Assembly: GCA_024679065.1 (NCBI GenBank)
Contig: JAGIQG010000024.1
Location: forward strand, 28,954,001 to 29,018,000
From: Sphyrna mokarran
Taxonomy: Eukaryota
Reading direction: 5' to 3'
Length of the DNA: 64,000 nucleotides
Numbering within the stretch: the stretch's first letter is position 1; every line of letters starts with the position of its first letter. Shown here one piece after another: positions 13,583 through 24,122 of the stretch. Under the pieces are notes generated by a model. It made no database searches. It was given only the letters and a program-made list of their open reading frames with translations, and was not told where the DNA came from. A program made the translations under genes and the position numbers.

Positions 13583-14111
13583 GTTTGACCTTGACCTCCC
13601 AGATATCCCTCAATCTTGGCCTCTCAGATTTTGGTTCAACCTCAATGCAATCTCAGCCTCACTATTCCTGACATGATTTTGGGGGGTGGGGGGAGGGAGG
13701 GAATGTTCCCATCCCATCCACCACAGCAATCATAGCAAGGAGGGATGGGGGTGGGCATGCAAAGGTCCATTGGTCTCCGGTGGGATTTTCCAGTTTTACA
13801 GTGAGCATGGTTGGAAAATCCCACCAAGTATTGGATTAGTTGGATTGGGATACATCAGGGCATGGGGGTGGGGGAGAGGGGGAATGAGGAGGTTGCCTTA
13901 AACAAGAAAAACATGAGTTGATTTGAATAACAGAGGATTTCAATGCATAATGACGATTTCCAAAATGATTTCCTCTGCAGGGTACAATTAGTTTTATTGC
14001 TGTAAACAATTTGCTTACATTTTTTAAGTCAGCGTCAGCACTTTTAAACAAAACCTCTGGGCAGGTATTTCAGTTTTGGATTCTTGTCTAACTGAAATGA
14101 TAAGCTTTCAC

Positions 14112-14195
14112 CAAAATCGAAACTCAAGTTTGTTCACTGGAATGGAAACTGATCTGTTTCTTTTGGAATCAGGCCAGGTCTGCTGTATATAAAAA
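14112..14195 (+). promoter_or_regulatory. Gene A promoter: two ISRE-like elements and a TATA box
   Basis: AAAATCGAAACT (14113-14124) and GGAATGGAAACT (14139-14150), each one mismatch from GAAANNGAAACT; TATATAAAAA at 14186-14195; donor TTG|gtgaga at 14334/14335 suggests a first exon of about 14215-14334. Confidence 0.7.
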
Positions 14196-14498
14196 CCCAC
14201 ACTGCCGCCAGTTAGACACATACTGTTCATTTGTTTTTTTTTGTGTGTCTCTGATCACCAGCAGACCTCCAGCAGATTGCAGCAAAGTATTTCAATACTT
14301 TGATGAAGGATTTGTGAAGATTTATGAATAATTGGTGAGAGCAATGCACCAAATTTTTCAATTTACCTTTAACCTTCTTACTCCAGTTGAAGTGTCTGTT
14401 ATTTATGTTGCAGTGCTGTGTGTTACATTACTGAATGACGTTATTCTGAAATTTGAGTTTGTGGTTTTATATGCCCTGTTTGTGAATAGAATTCCCAC

Positions 14499-14535
14499 TC
14501 ACCTGACGAAGGAGCAGCACTCCGAAAGCTCGGGA
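14499..14535 (+). ncRNA. Minimal type I hammerhead ribozyme motif in a Penelope pLTR remnant (gene A intron 1, sense)
   Basis: cac-CTGACGA-a-GGAG(cagca)CTCC-GAAA-GC-TC-ggga: intact core, 4-bp stem II, palindromic AGCT stem III, stem I with one mismatch. Confidence 0.65.
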
Positions 14536-14917
14536 CGTTTGCTACCAAATAAACCTCTTGGACTTTAACCCAGTGTTGTGAGATTTCTTACTAAGAGAGG
14601 AGAGCCATTTAGCCAATGAGCTAAACCCCACTGAAGAATGCACTTGCAAAAATTCATTCTTTCAAAAGATATGGTGAGGTCAGGATATGCTGCCTATCCC
14701 TAATTGCCCTTAGTGGTTTACTAGATCACTTCAGAGGCAGCTCAGAGCCAGTCACATTGTTGTGGGTCACTCAAAAGACAAATTAGCTGAGGATGTCAGA
14801 TTTCCCTAAAGGCCATTGGTGAAACAAACTGGTTCTTATGACAATCCATGGTGGTTTTATGGTCACTCTTACTGATGCCAGCTTTCAATTCCAGGTTACA
14901 GTCACTTAACTGCAGCC

Positions 14918-14984
14918 ATGTTTCATGGAACATTCAGTTTCTTCATTACCTACCTGCTATTTTCAAGCACGTTTGCAACCACAG
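14918..14984 (+). CDS. IFI6: Gene A coding exon 1 (signal peptide)
   Basis: gccATG context, hydrophobic 22 aa, donor ACAG|gtgagt. Confidence 0.8.
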
Positions 14985-17900
14985 GTGAGTGGTTTCAATT
15001 CTTTGTCATGAATAACACATTATTACAATATAACTAAGCAATAAATACGTTAATTTTTCTACCTATCGATATTATAAATGTACAATTAGATACTAGACAA
15101 TTAGGTACTATCTGCCCGTCGAACTTTCTTACAATTCTGTGTCACACATCACTGGTGTTATATTTTTGGTGGGCAAATTTTTGTGTCATATTGGAACCTG
15201 ATATTGGATTTAAGTATCAGGTAATTCATAACATCACTACAGTGCAGAAGAGGCCATTCAGCCCATCAAGTTTGCACTGGCTGTCTGACAGAATAAATTA
15301 CCCAGGCCCTCTCTCCCACCCTATCCCTGCAACCTCAAACATTTACCATCTAACCATATAATCCATCTAACCTAATGTCTTGGGACACTAAGGGACAATT
15401 TAGCACCACCAATCCACCTAACTTGTATTTATTTGAACTGTGCAAGGAAGCTAGAACACCCAAAGGGAACACATGTAAACATGAGAAGAACATGCAAATT
15501 CTAAGCAGTCACCCAAGACTGGAATTGAATCCAGGTCCCTAGCACTGTGAGACAACAGTGCTAACCACTGTGCTGCCCCATGATGACACTGTTCTATCCT
15601 CATCTTGTTTTTGATTGCCATAGGAGTGGAAATGAATTGCCCACAATTTTATTTTGCCTGATTAGCTTGTTTCTTTTAAAAAAAATCTTTCTTTCCGATG
15701 CTCCACATGTGTGTGGGAGATTGTGCAGGATTTGGAGTATGTCATTTTGTTGCAATATATTTGAATATAAGCAATGGTTTTCTTCTAATCATTTTCTTAA
15801 TATGTTCATGCCTTTCCTTACAATTGGAACGATGAGTAATTTCTTAATCCCAGAATTCCAACAAGTAGACCCACATAAGAAACATGTGTTCTTTATGTGA
15901 GAAAATAGCCCTAATTAATTATTATTGTTTATTACTGTATAAGTAGACTTATGTTAACACTGCAATGAAGTTACTGTGAAAATCCCCTAGTCGCCACACT
16001 CTAGCGCCTGTTCGGATCCAGTGGAGGAGAATTTAGCATGGCCAATGCACCTAACCAGCACATTTTTTGGATTATGGGAGGAAACCAGAATACCTGGAGG
16101 AGACCCACGCAGACGTGGGCAGAATGTGCAGAGTCCGCACAGGCCAAAGCCAGTAATCGAACCCAGATCCCTGGCATTGTGAGGTAGCTGTGCTAACCAC
16201 TAATTGCATCTACTTCCCTTATTTTTGAATCACTTTACTTTCCTTATTCACCTATCCACTTACATTTTGAGTGTTGGTACAATTTATCTCTATCACTAAT
16301 TTTGGAAGTGAATTCCACAGCTTCACTCATTTGTACCATAAAACCTCACTTGCTCCTGCTTCTTAATCACTTACATTGAGATAGCAGCTAATGATAATAC
16401 TATATCTATTACCCTTTGTTATTGGTAACAGAAGGTTAGGAAAGGATTTGGCTCAGTTACAATGGATCAATAAAGAAATGCCTTGCTGACACTCACTGCC
16501 TGGGCTCAAGCACAAAGGTAAAGGCAGGTGGATAACATGTGAAATTCAAGGGTAAATTATCTGTGCTGCTGGCATACATCAGTAAGGTAAATCTTGGAAT
16601 GGTGTAGCCTTGATTTTGCATGGCAGTACAATTTTACCCAATCACGAGACAACATCAACCAAGAGATAGGAACAAAATAGAGGACTATGAGAAGATATAG
16701 TCATTTAAACCTTTTAAAAATCTTTCCTCTTCCTCAGATCTTCCTTCAGATGAAGATGACTCCTGTGGAATAATAGATGCGCTCCCGTACATTATCGTTG
16801 GTGGAGGTATGAACGTCAATTATATTCCCAACTCAGAATATAGCATCATAGAGTCCCTACAGTGAAGAAGGAGGCCATCTGACCCATCAAGTCTGCACTG
16901 ACCACAATTTCACCCAGGCTCTATCTCCATAATCCCATACATTTTCCTTAGTTAGTCCCCCTGACACTAAGGAGCAATTTAGTATGGCCATTCTACCTAA
17001 CGTACACATCTTTGAAGTGTGAGAAGAAACCAGATTTCTCACAGGAAACCCATTGCAGACACAGGAAGAATGTGTAAACTCCATATGAGGCATGACCAAA
17101 GCTGGGAATTGAACCTGGATCCCTGGCACTGTGAGGCAGCAGTGCTAACCACTACGCCACCATGCTATCCGCTTTGTCTCAATAATGTTGAGAATCCATA
17201 AATGTATAGATCATCCAACAAAGGGATTGGATTGAATAGTGAGCAGATAATGAGATAATAGTGCATTCTGAAATAATGAAAATAAATCACAGAACTACAG
17301 AACCATTGGATCCCTGCAGTGCAGAAGGAGACCATTCAACCCATTGAGTCTGTGCTGATGCTCCAAAAGAGCATCAAATCATACTATGCAACTTCAGTAT
17401 TTAACTTTTTCATATGAAAATCTAATGGACATAATACTTGTCAAAAAGCAACAATAGTGGTTGATGTATGTTGTATTTTTTTAAAGAGTGGAATATGTAT
17501 CTTTTTGTCTAAGTACACACTTCGGTGATTGACCTGCTCTCAGAGTACACACCCACTGTGCTTACGTGAATGAGCAATCTTGTTTCGTGCAGTTGCTATC
17601 AGTGTTTTTAGCTCCCGTTCAAGCGGCCCGTGAGATTTGCTTCTGTATAGCCTTCACAATCATGCTCCTGTGCGGAAATGTTATTTATTCGTCTTTTGGT
17701 ATAAAGCAAGACCAGGTGTCAAGAGCTTAGTGGTGGTGAACGCAGAACTGTCATCTCTTCTTATTCTGGCTGGTGTAAGTGAGAATTGGTTGGATACAGT
17801 CAAGCTCATTTTCAGGCTTGACTAGTGTAAGCAACACATGACTTCACAGCAGTAAGGTCACTACAGTTAAGAGGATGATTGCTTACCTTTTATGTGTATG

Positions 17901-20900
17901 ACTCCATCCCTTCATGGAAAATGGCTATAATATACACGCATATATGTATGTATTCCATTTACGTAAATGATGCAATTGAATTCTAACATTTTCTGCAGTA
18001 ATATTATTTTTGATTTTGATTTGATTTGACTTATTATTGTCACATGTATTAACATACAGTGAAAAGTATTGTTTCTTGCACGCTATACGGTGCACAATGA
18101 AACTTGTTGTGCTAAGCCTTATAGAGGAGATCATAGAATCCCTGCAGTGCAGAATGAAGCCATTTGACCCATCAAGCCTGCACTGTCTATAATCCCACCC
18201 AGGCTTTATTGCTGTGACCACATGTAATAACCCTCTTAATCTTGCTGAAATTCAGTGGCCATTGAATAATCCACCTAATCCACATATGTTTGGTGGTCCA
18301 CGACACGGAGGATAGCTGTGATGGAGTATCTAGCATTGAAGAGAATATTGAGAATGATGGCTTAAGTACTTTCTCAACTTCTTGCACACCTTTATCTTGC
18401 AATCTGGCACTATGAGCAAGTGGCTGATGGGATGACCACGAACTCTGGCTTTGTAGCCCTTGTTTAGCCTGTGCTTAACCTCATTAGCATGCTACAGCCC
18501 CATCTTGGCATTGCCACTGCTGCCTCCCTACTTCTTTCACTCTGTGTGTGCACAGGTCACCTACTTCTCTTCCTTCCTTACTTAAATCAGTAAGAAGCTT
18601 CCCAACACCAGGTTAAAGGCCAATACATTTATTTGGAATCACAAGATTTCGCAACACTGCTCCTTCATCAAGTCTGTGGAGAAGTGGCTCACGAGGGGAC
18701 ACAGCTTTAAATTAAGGGGTATGAGTTATAGGATGGATATCAGAGGTAGGTTCTTTACTCAAAGAGTGATTAGGGAGTGGAATGCCCTGCCTGCAGCTGT
18801 TGTAGATGCGCCAAGTTTGGTGGCGTTTAAGAGGTTAATTGATAAGTATATGGAAGAGAAGGGAATGGTTTAGTTTGGAGGGGCATTGCTTTTTATTTTG
18901 GTCGGCACAACATCGAAGGCCGAAGGGCCTGTTCTGTGCTGTAATGTTCTATGTTCTATGTTCTATGTTCTAAACATAGCTTATATAGACAGACATAACT
19001 ACAAGCTAATGGTTGGAATGTGTGTCTTTACAAATAATCGAGTCTTTACAGGTGCAGACAGTACCCATACTTTATTTAAATCAGGTAATACTTCATACCA
19101 AATTTGCAAACTCAACAAAAAAATTCCAGAAACATTCAAGAGTTCTATCAGACACTTTTTTATTAAAAAAATTGTCATAAGTTACCTTCTTGTCGTACTG
19201 ATAGGCACATATGGACATACATATGTATGTGCATATATACGTATACATATGTTTCAGGGCACTGCCTTAAAGTTCAACTTTTTCTACATGGTATGTTGGA
19301 AGGAATTCAATTCAGATGCTGGTGGAGTAAGATAATTACTCATTTTAGCCATATAGTGATACTTAAGAGAGGGCTAATAGATTCTTGTTAATAAATGGAG
19401 ATTTCCTCTGTGGTGTTTGATGAAAGGAATGTAAAGTGAGTTTAGATATCCAGGGCTCATGTGATAATGTGGTTAATGAGAGGAGCTGGTAAGTAGCAGA
19501 GAGAACAAAAAGCTTACTATTCAGTTTCTGCAGAGGTGTTTAAAGACAGAAGTCTGCAACCTGCTCTTAAAATCAAAATCTCTCTGGAAGCTTGAAGTTG
19601 TCAATGCATTTTATAGCATGTATGCATGAGATTGCTAATTGAGCATTTGGGTCTAAGAGGAATGTTGCTTATTTGGAACTGAATTGTGTCCTCTCATTTT
19701 TTTTTAACTATTGTTCAACTGTTAAAAGTATGACGTTCATTTTGTTAGAGTTATATTTGAACAGTGCTATGAATAAACCTTATTTTGATTTAAAAAAAAC
19801 ATTAATTTGTCAGCAAAATTATTCCTGGAGCGAAGCATCCCTTTCTCACATTTATGCTGAAATAGAAAAATTGTTGGGGTCTAGGCTGGCTTCATAACAT
19901 ACCTTAAAGTTAGGTCGAGGACCCTAACACTGTAATTTAGGTGCCTCCCCCTTTAATTTTATATGAACAAATACTGGGACTGAATTCTAAATTCCAGCAC
20001 TTTATCAATGATTTGGACTGTGTAACATGAGGATAACACTGCTTCTTAGCCTTCTGGCATTTGGAAAGGATTAGGGTGGCACGAAGATACTGTGGTTAGT
20101 ATTGAATTCAATTCTGGCCTTGGGTCATTGTCTGTGTGGAGTTTGTACCTGCTCCACATGTCTGCGTGGGTTTCCTCCGGGTGCTCAGGTTTTCTCCCAT
20201 GTTCCAAAGATGCGCCTGTTAGGATGATTGGCCATGCTAAGTTGGCCCTTAGTATCAGGGGATTAGCTAGGGTAAATGTATGGGGTTATGGAGATAGGGC
20301 TTAGCAGGGATTATGATCGGTGCAGACTTAATGGGTTGAATGGTCTCCCTCTGCATTGTATGGACTTTATGATTCGATGATTTCCATGTGGATACCATGT
20401 ATCCAAGCCTTATTGCATGTCCAAAACCACTGATGTCTCAGTGTGTCCCTGGAAAACAATGCTGGGGCTCAGTATCACTATCTTGTGTACCAATGGCATA
20501 AAGCACTAATATTTTAAAAACGTATATTTCCAAGTGTTATCATTTTAGCTGATTGACTGCTAACAATCAATGCTTTGAAAATATTTTCTTCTGTTTAGAT
20601 CAAATAATTTGCTGCGATTCTATGATAAATATGCATAAAACTTTGACATTATTGAGAAATGGTCAAGCACAATTGTATTGAATGCTGTACTATCTCTCCA
20701 TTGGACACAGGAGTAGTTATGTTGGGAGGTCCTGCAATTCTTGCACCTCTTGGATTTACCACAAAGGGGATAGCAGCGAAATCTATTGCGGCTACAATGA
20801 TGAAAATTGGTGCACATATGAATGGTGGAGGGTTGGCTGGAGGAGGTGTGGTGTCAACGCTACAAGCCCTTGGTAAGTTTTATTTATTCTTTAAGGGAAT

Positions 20901-21961
20901 GTGGGTGTCACTGGCTGGGCCAGCATTTATTGCCCTTCCTGTGGGTATTTAAGAATCAGCCATTTGCTATGGATCTGGAGTCACATGTAGGCCAGACCAG
21001 ATAAGGAGGGCAGATTTCCTTCCCTAAAGGACATTAGTGAACCAGGTGGGTTTTTATGACAATCAACAACGTTTTCATGGTCAACAAAAATTAAACGTTT
21101 AATTCCAGATATTTATTGAATCCTGCGGTGGGATTTGAACCCAGGTACCCAGAACTCTCTGGGTTACTAGAGTCTAACAATACCACACCACTACCTAAAG
21201 TAATATTATACTTTCTTTGTGTTAGTCCAACAATCTTCAATTGTACATCTGTTATTGTGATTTCACATTTCAGAATCACTTAAGTTTATTAATGTCACAT
21301 TAACACTGCAATGAAGTTACTATGGAAATCCTCTAGTTGCATACTCCAACACCTGTTTGGGTACACTGAAGGAGAATTTAGCATGGCTAAGGCACCTAAC
21401 CAGCATGTCATTTGGACTGTGGGAGAAACCCAGAGCACTTGGAGGAAACCCATGCAGTACAGACATGGGGAGAACGTGCAGACTCCACACAGGCAGTGAC
21501 CCAAGCTGGGAATCAAACCTGGGTGCCTGGTGTGTGAGGCAGCAGTGCTAACTACTGTACCATTTATGGTGCTGGAAGATTTGAAGAACTCCCAAAGGAA
21601 TTAACGTTTCTTATATTTTGTGGGTATATGTTATATATAATGTTATATATGTTATATACATATGTATATGTTTTATATATATATATGCTACTGAATTAAT
21701 GATTCAGAGGCCTGATCCCGCTATCAATAGTTCAATCAATGCTGGCTTTGCTAATGATGCCCAAATCCCATGGTGAATTAAGTAAATCATTAATTCTTTG
21801 AGGAAAATTATAAGTTGAACTGAATCAAGTGTTTTCTCTCAACAGGGGCAAAGGCTGGGACCACTGCTTTTGGTTGGCTTGGAGCTAAGGCTGGATATTA
21901 TTACCATCAGTATTTCGTGTGTAAAAAAAATAAAAAGTCAACCTCAAAAGATGCGCGTTAA
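14918..21961 (+). CDS. IFI6: Gene A: IFI6-like (ISG12/FAM14 family) protein with signal peptide, 137 aa; join(14918..14984,16738..16806,20711..20872,21846..21961)
   Basis: Four GT-AG exons, all phase 1, total 414 nt with no stop: MFHGTFSFFITYLLFSSTFATT-DLPSDEDDSCGIIDALPYIIVGG-GVVMLGGPAILAPLGFTTKGIAAKSIAATMMKIGAHMNGGGLAGGGVVSTLQAL-GAKAGTTAFGWLGAKAGYYYHQYFVCKKNKKSTSKDAR*. ISG12 motif GFT..GIAA.S.AA.MM...NGGG..GG.V..LQ. Recalled human IFI6 shares YLL.F, AL...VGGG and GY..H.Y. The symbol denotes IFI6-like; orthology is not tested. Confidence 0.85.
15230..17170 (-). mobile_element. Three V-SINEs in gene A introns (15230-15580, 15925-16200, 16845-17170)
   Basis: Head, V-domain and tail on the minus strand; exon 16738-16806 lies between the copies. 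Confidence 0.8.
16738..16806 (+). CDS. IFI6: Gene A coding exon 2
   Basis: Acceptor tctttcctcttcctcag|, donor GGAG|gtatga, 69 nt, phase 1-1. Confidence 0.85.
18680..18972 (+). mobile_element. CR1-clade LINE 3' end in gene A intron
   Basis: TRGHSFKL...FFTQRVIREWNALP; (TTCTATG)n tail. Confidence 0.88.
20075..20385 (+). mobile_element. V-SINE (tail a, CR1-like)
   Basis: V-domain and tail ...ggtgcagacttaatggg...gattcgatga. Confidence 0.85.
20711..20872 (+). CDS. IFI6: Gene A coding exon 3 (ISG12 motif)
   Basis: 162 nt, cacag| and CTTG|gtaagt; lies within ORF 20659..20952. Confidence 0.92.
21280..21565 (-). mobile_element. V-SINE (tail b)
   Basis: Full-length copy in the last intron of gene A. 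Confidence 0.85.
21846..21961 (+). CDS. IFI6: Gene A terminal coding exon
   Basis: Acceptor ttttctctcaacag|, reads GAKAG...DAR then TAA; AATAAA at 22083. Confidence 0.85.
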
Positions 21962-22082
21962 AGAGCACGAAAATGGCATTGTAGTCGAAGTCACACGATG
22001 TTATTATACATTTAAAAACTTGTAGATTTCAAATAGTTTGTATAGGTAAGAAGGTAAGGGTATAACTGGTCTACTTCTGATT

Positions 22083-22088
22083 AATAAA
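22083..22088 (+). terminator. Gene A polyadenylation signal
   Basis: AATAAA about 120 nt after the stop codon. Confidence 0.6.
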
Positions 22089-23272
22089 CTCTTCAATTTT
22101 ACACACCTCATATTTACTCACTTAGAGATAGCAATGAAATGGAGGCAGCCATCTTCAGATGCATCATTTCTATTGTAGGATTACATTATAGTTGAACTAT
22201 TTTACTTTTTTGCTTCCCTAACTTGGTAAATCTAACATGGTTCATGTAACACAAGTAGAGTGCTGTCTGCAAGCTTCAACCTGAAAATAAATAACTTAGC
22301 ATGAGTAAAGAATACAATGATTAAGTTGATGCTAATTCACAGAAGAGGAACTGATTGCACTTCCTGCCACGTAACAGTTCACAAAAGCAGTACTCTGCAT
22401 GTCAAAAGTGGAGCATTGTAAAGAAAAACTACAGAGACGAAATTTTAACCAGATAGAAGAAATATGTTAGATTTAGGTAGGGTGGGATCAAATCACAGGC
22501 CTGAATTCAACACAAAGTGAACATCCCCATCCCTGTTTTTAACTGAGATGGGACGAGGAGCAAGCCACTAACCCACTCCTGTGAGTCAAATACCTTATTT
22601 AAATATTTTAATTGGGCAACGCACTTCAGAATTTATTCCTGTCCCAAGATTGACACTTCTTACTGTTTGATAAATAAAAGAGAGGATTGACATTTTTTAG
22701 TTGCACAATTAAGTTATTTTCCAACAATTCTTGAGAACCTAGAGCATCTGGAGCATTTCTTTAAGCCCCAAAGTTAGCCCACATCGGTACTCATAATCAC
22801 AGCCCCTGCATTAATTCCCCCCCTCCCATCCCACCTCCTCGCAAACATGGACCACCCCACTACTTTTAGTGAAGCCCTACCCAAATTAGAATCCACCATC
22901 TCACTCCACAATCAAACACCACTGTCCCCTCATCTGTCTCAGAACTGCCTCAGATAACCCCCTGATGCTACAATCTATGTTTTATCTACTCACCCCAACT
23001 CAGGATCTCTTTCCAGCACCACAAGCTTATCTGCTCCCAGATTGTGGTCTCTTCTGTATTTCCCACAAGGCGAGGGACTAATTTGGTTAATCAGCCTGGC
23101 TTCCTGGCAAAATTCCCGTTCATTCTGCCTGGAGTTTTACCACAGTAAAGATCAGGACCAGGATGCCTAGATATCGGTTTAGATTTACACATTATCATGG
23201 CTTGTGCTATGAGTTTACATACTGTTAAAGTACTGGTACCTGGATTTTACTTGATAAAATGATGGAGTACAA

Positions 23273-23403
23273 TTATAAGTTTCATAACACCATGTTAAAG
23301 TTTGAAAGCTAGTGATAACAAATAAGCCTATTGGTGTTTAACCTGATGTTGTTAGACTTCTTAATCTTCCCATCACAGACCAATGCCGGCATCGCCACTT
23401 CAT
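23273..23403 (+). mobile_element. Short Penelope pLTR insert with 5' inversion and 8-bp TSD
   Basis: Reverse piece 23277-23300 then GAAAGCTAGTG...gccggcatc; GAGTACAA at 23265-23272 and 23404-23411. Confidence 0.65.
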
Positions 23404-23439
23404 GAGTACAACTAGTTACTGTGAAGTATTTCTAATGAT

Positions 23440-24122
23440 TTGAAAGAGAAAAGATCAAAGAAAATATCAGCACAGGAACAGACCACTCAGCCCTCAAAGC
23501 CTGCACCGACTGAACTAAAACACTCTACTTTTCTGAGGGACCATATAGCCCACTATTCCCACCTATTCATGTACTTATCAAGACACCCCTTAAAAGTCAT
23601 TACTGTGTCTGCTTCCACTATCTCTCCTGGCAACAAGTTCCAGGCACCCATTATTCTCTGTGTAAAACATTTGCCTCGTATATTTAAACCTTGCTTCTCG
23701 CACCTTAAACCTTTGTTCTCACTGGAGCGATGGAGGTTGAGGGGAGACCTGGTAGAAGGCAACAAGAGTATGAGAGGCAGGGACAGACTGGACAGTTAGA
23801 AGCTTTTTCCCAGTGTGTAAGAATCAATTACTAGGGAGCATATGTTTAAGGTGCGAGGTGAAAGGTTTAAAGGAGATGTACGAGGCAGATGTTTGACACA
23901 GATGGGTGGGTGACTGGAACTCGTTGCCAGGGAGGTAGTGAAAGTGGATATGGTAGTGACTTTTAAGTGGCATGACAAGTACATGAAAAGGGTGGGAATA
24001 GAGGGATATGGTCCCCAAAAGGTAGGGAGTTTTAGTTAAGTTGGGCAGCATGGTCGGTACAGGTTTGGAGGGCTGAAGGGCCTGTTCCCATGCTGTAATT
24101 TTCTTTGTTCTTTGTTCTTTGT
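23440..24122. mobile_element. Two CR1 3' ends fused head-to-head (minus 23440-23711, plus 23712-24122)
   Basis: Both carry the CFTQR..GAWN.LP...FK..LDKYM region, with tails facing outward. Confidence 0.75.

Noticed and set aside
18640-18672. Functional hammerhead on the minus strand
   Set aside because: Core mutated (TTGATGA) and stem II disrupted; the copies at 38255 (GACA for GAAA), 39478 (CTGATAA) and about 47222-47252 are similarly inactive-looking.
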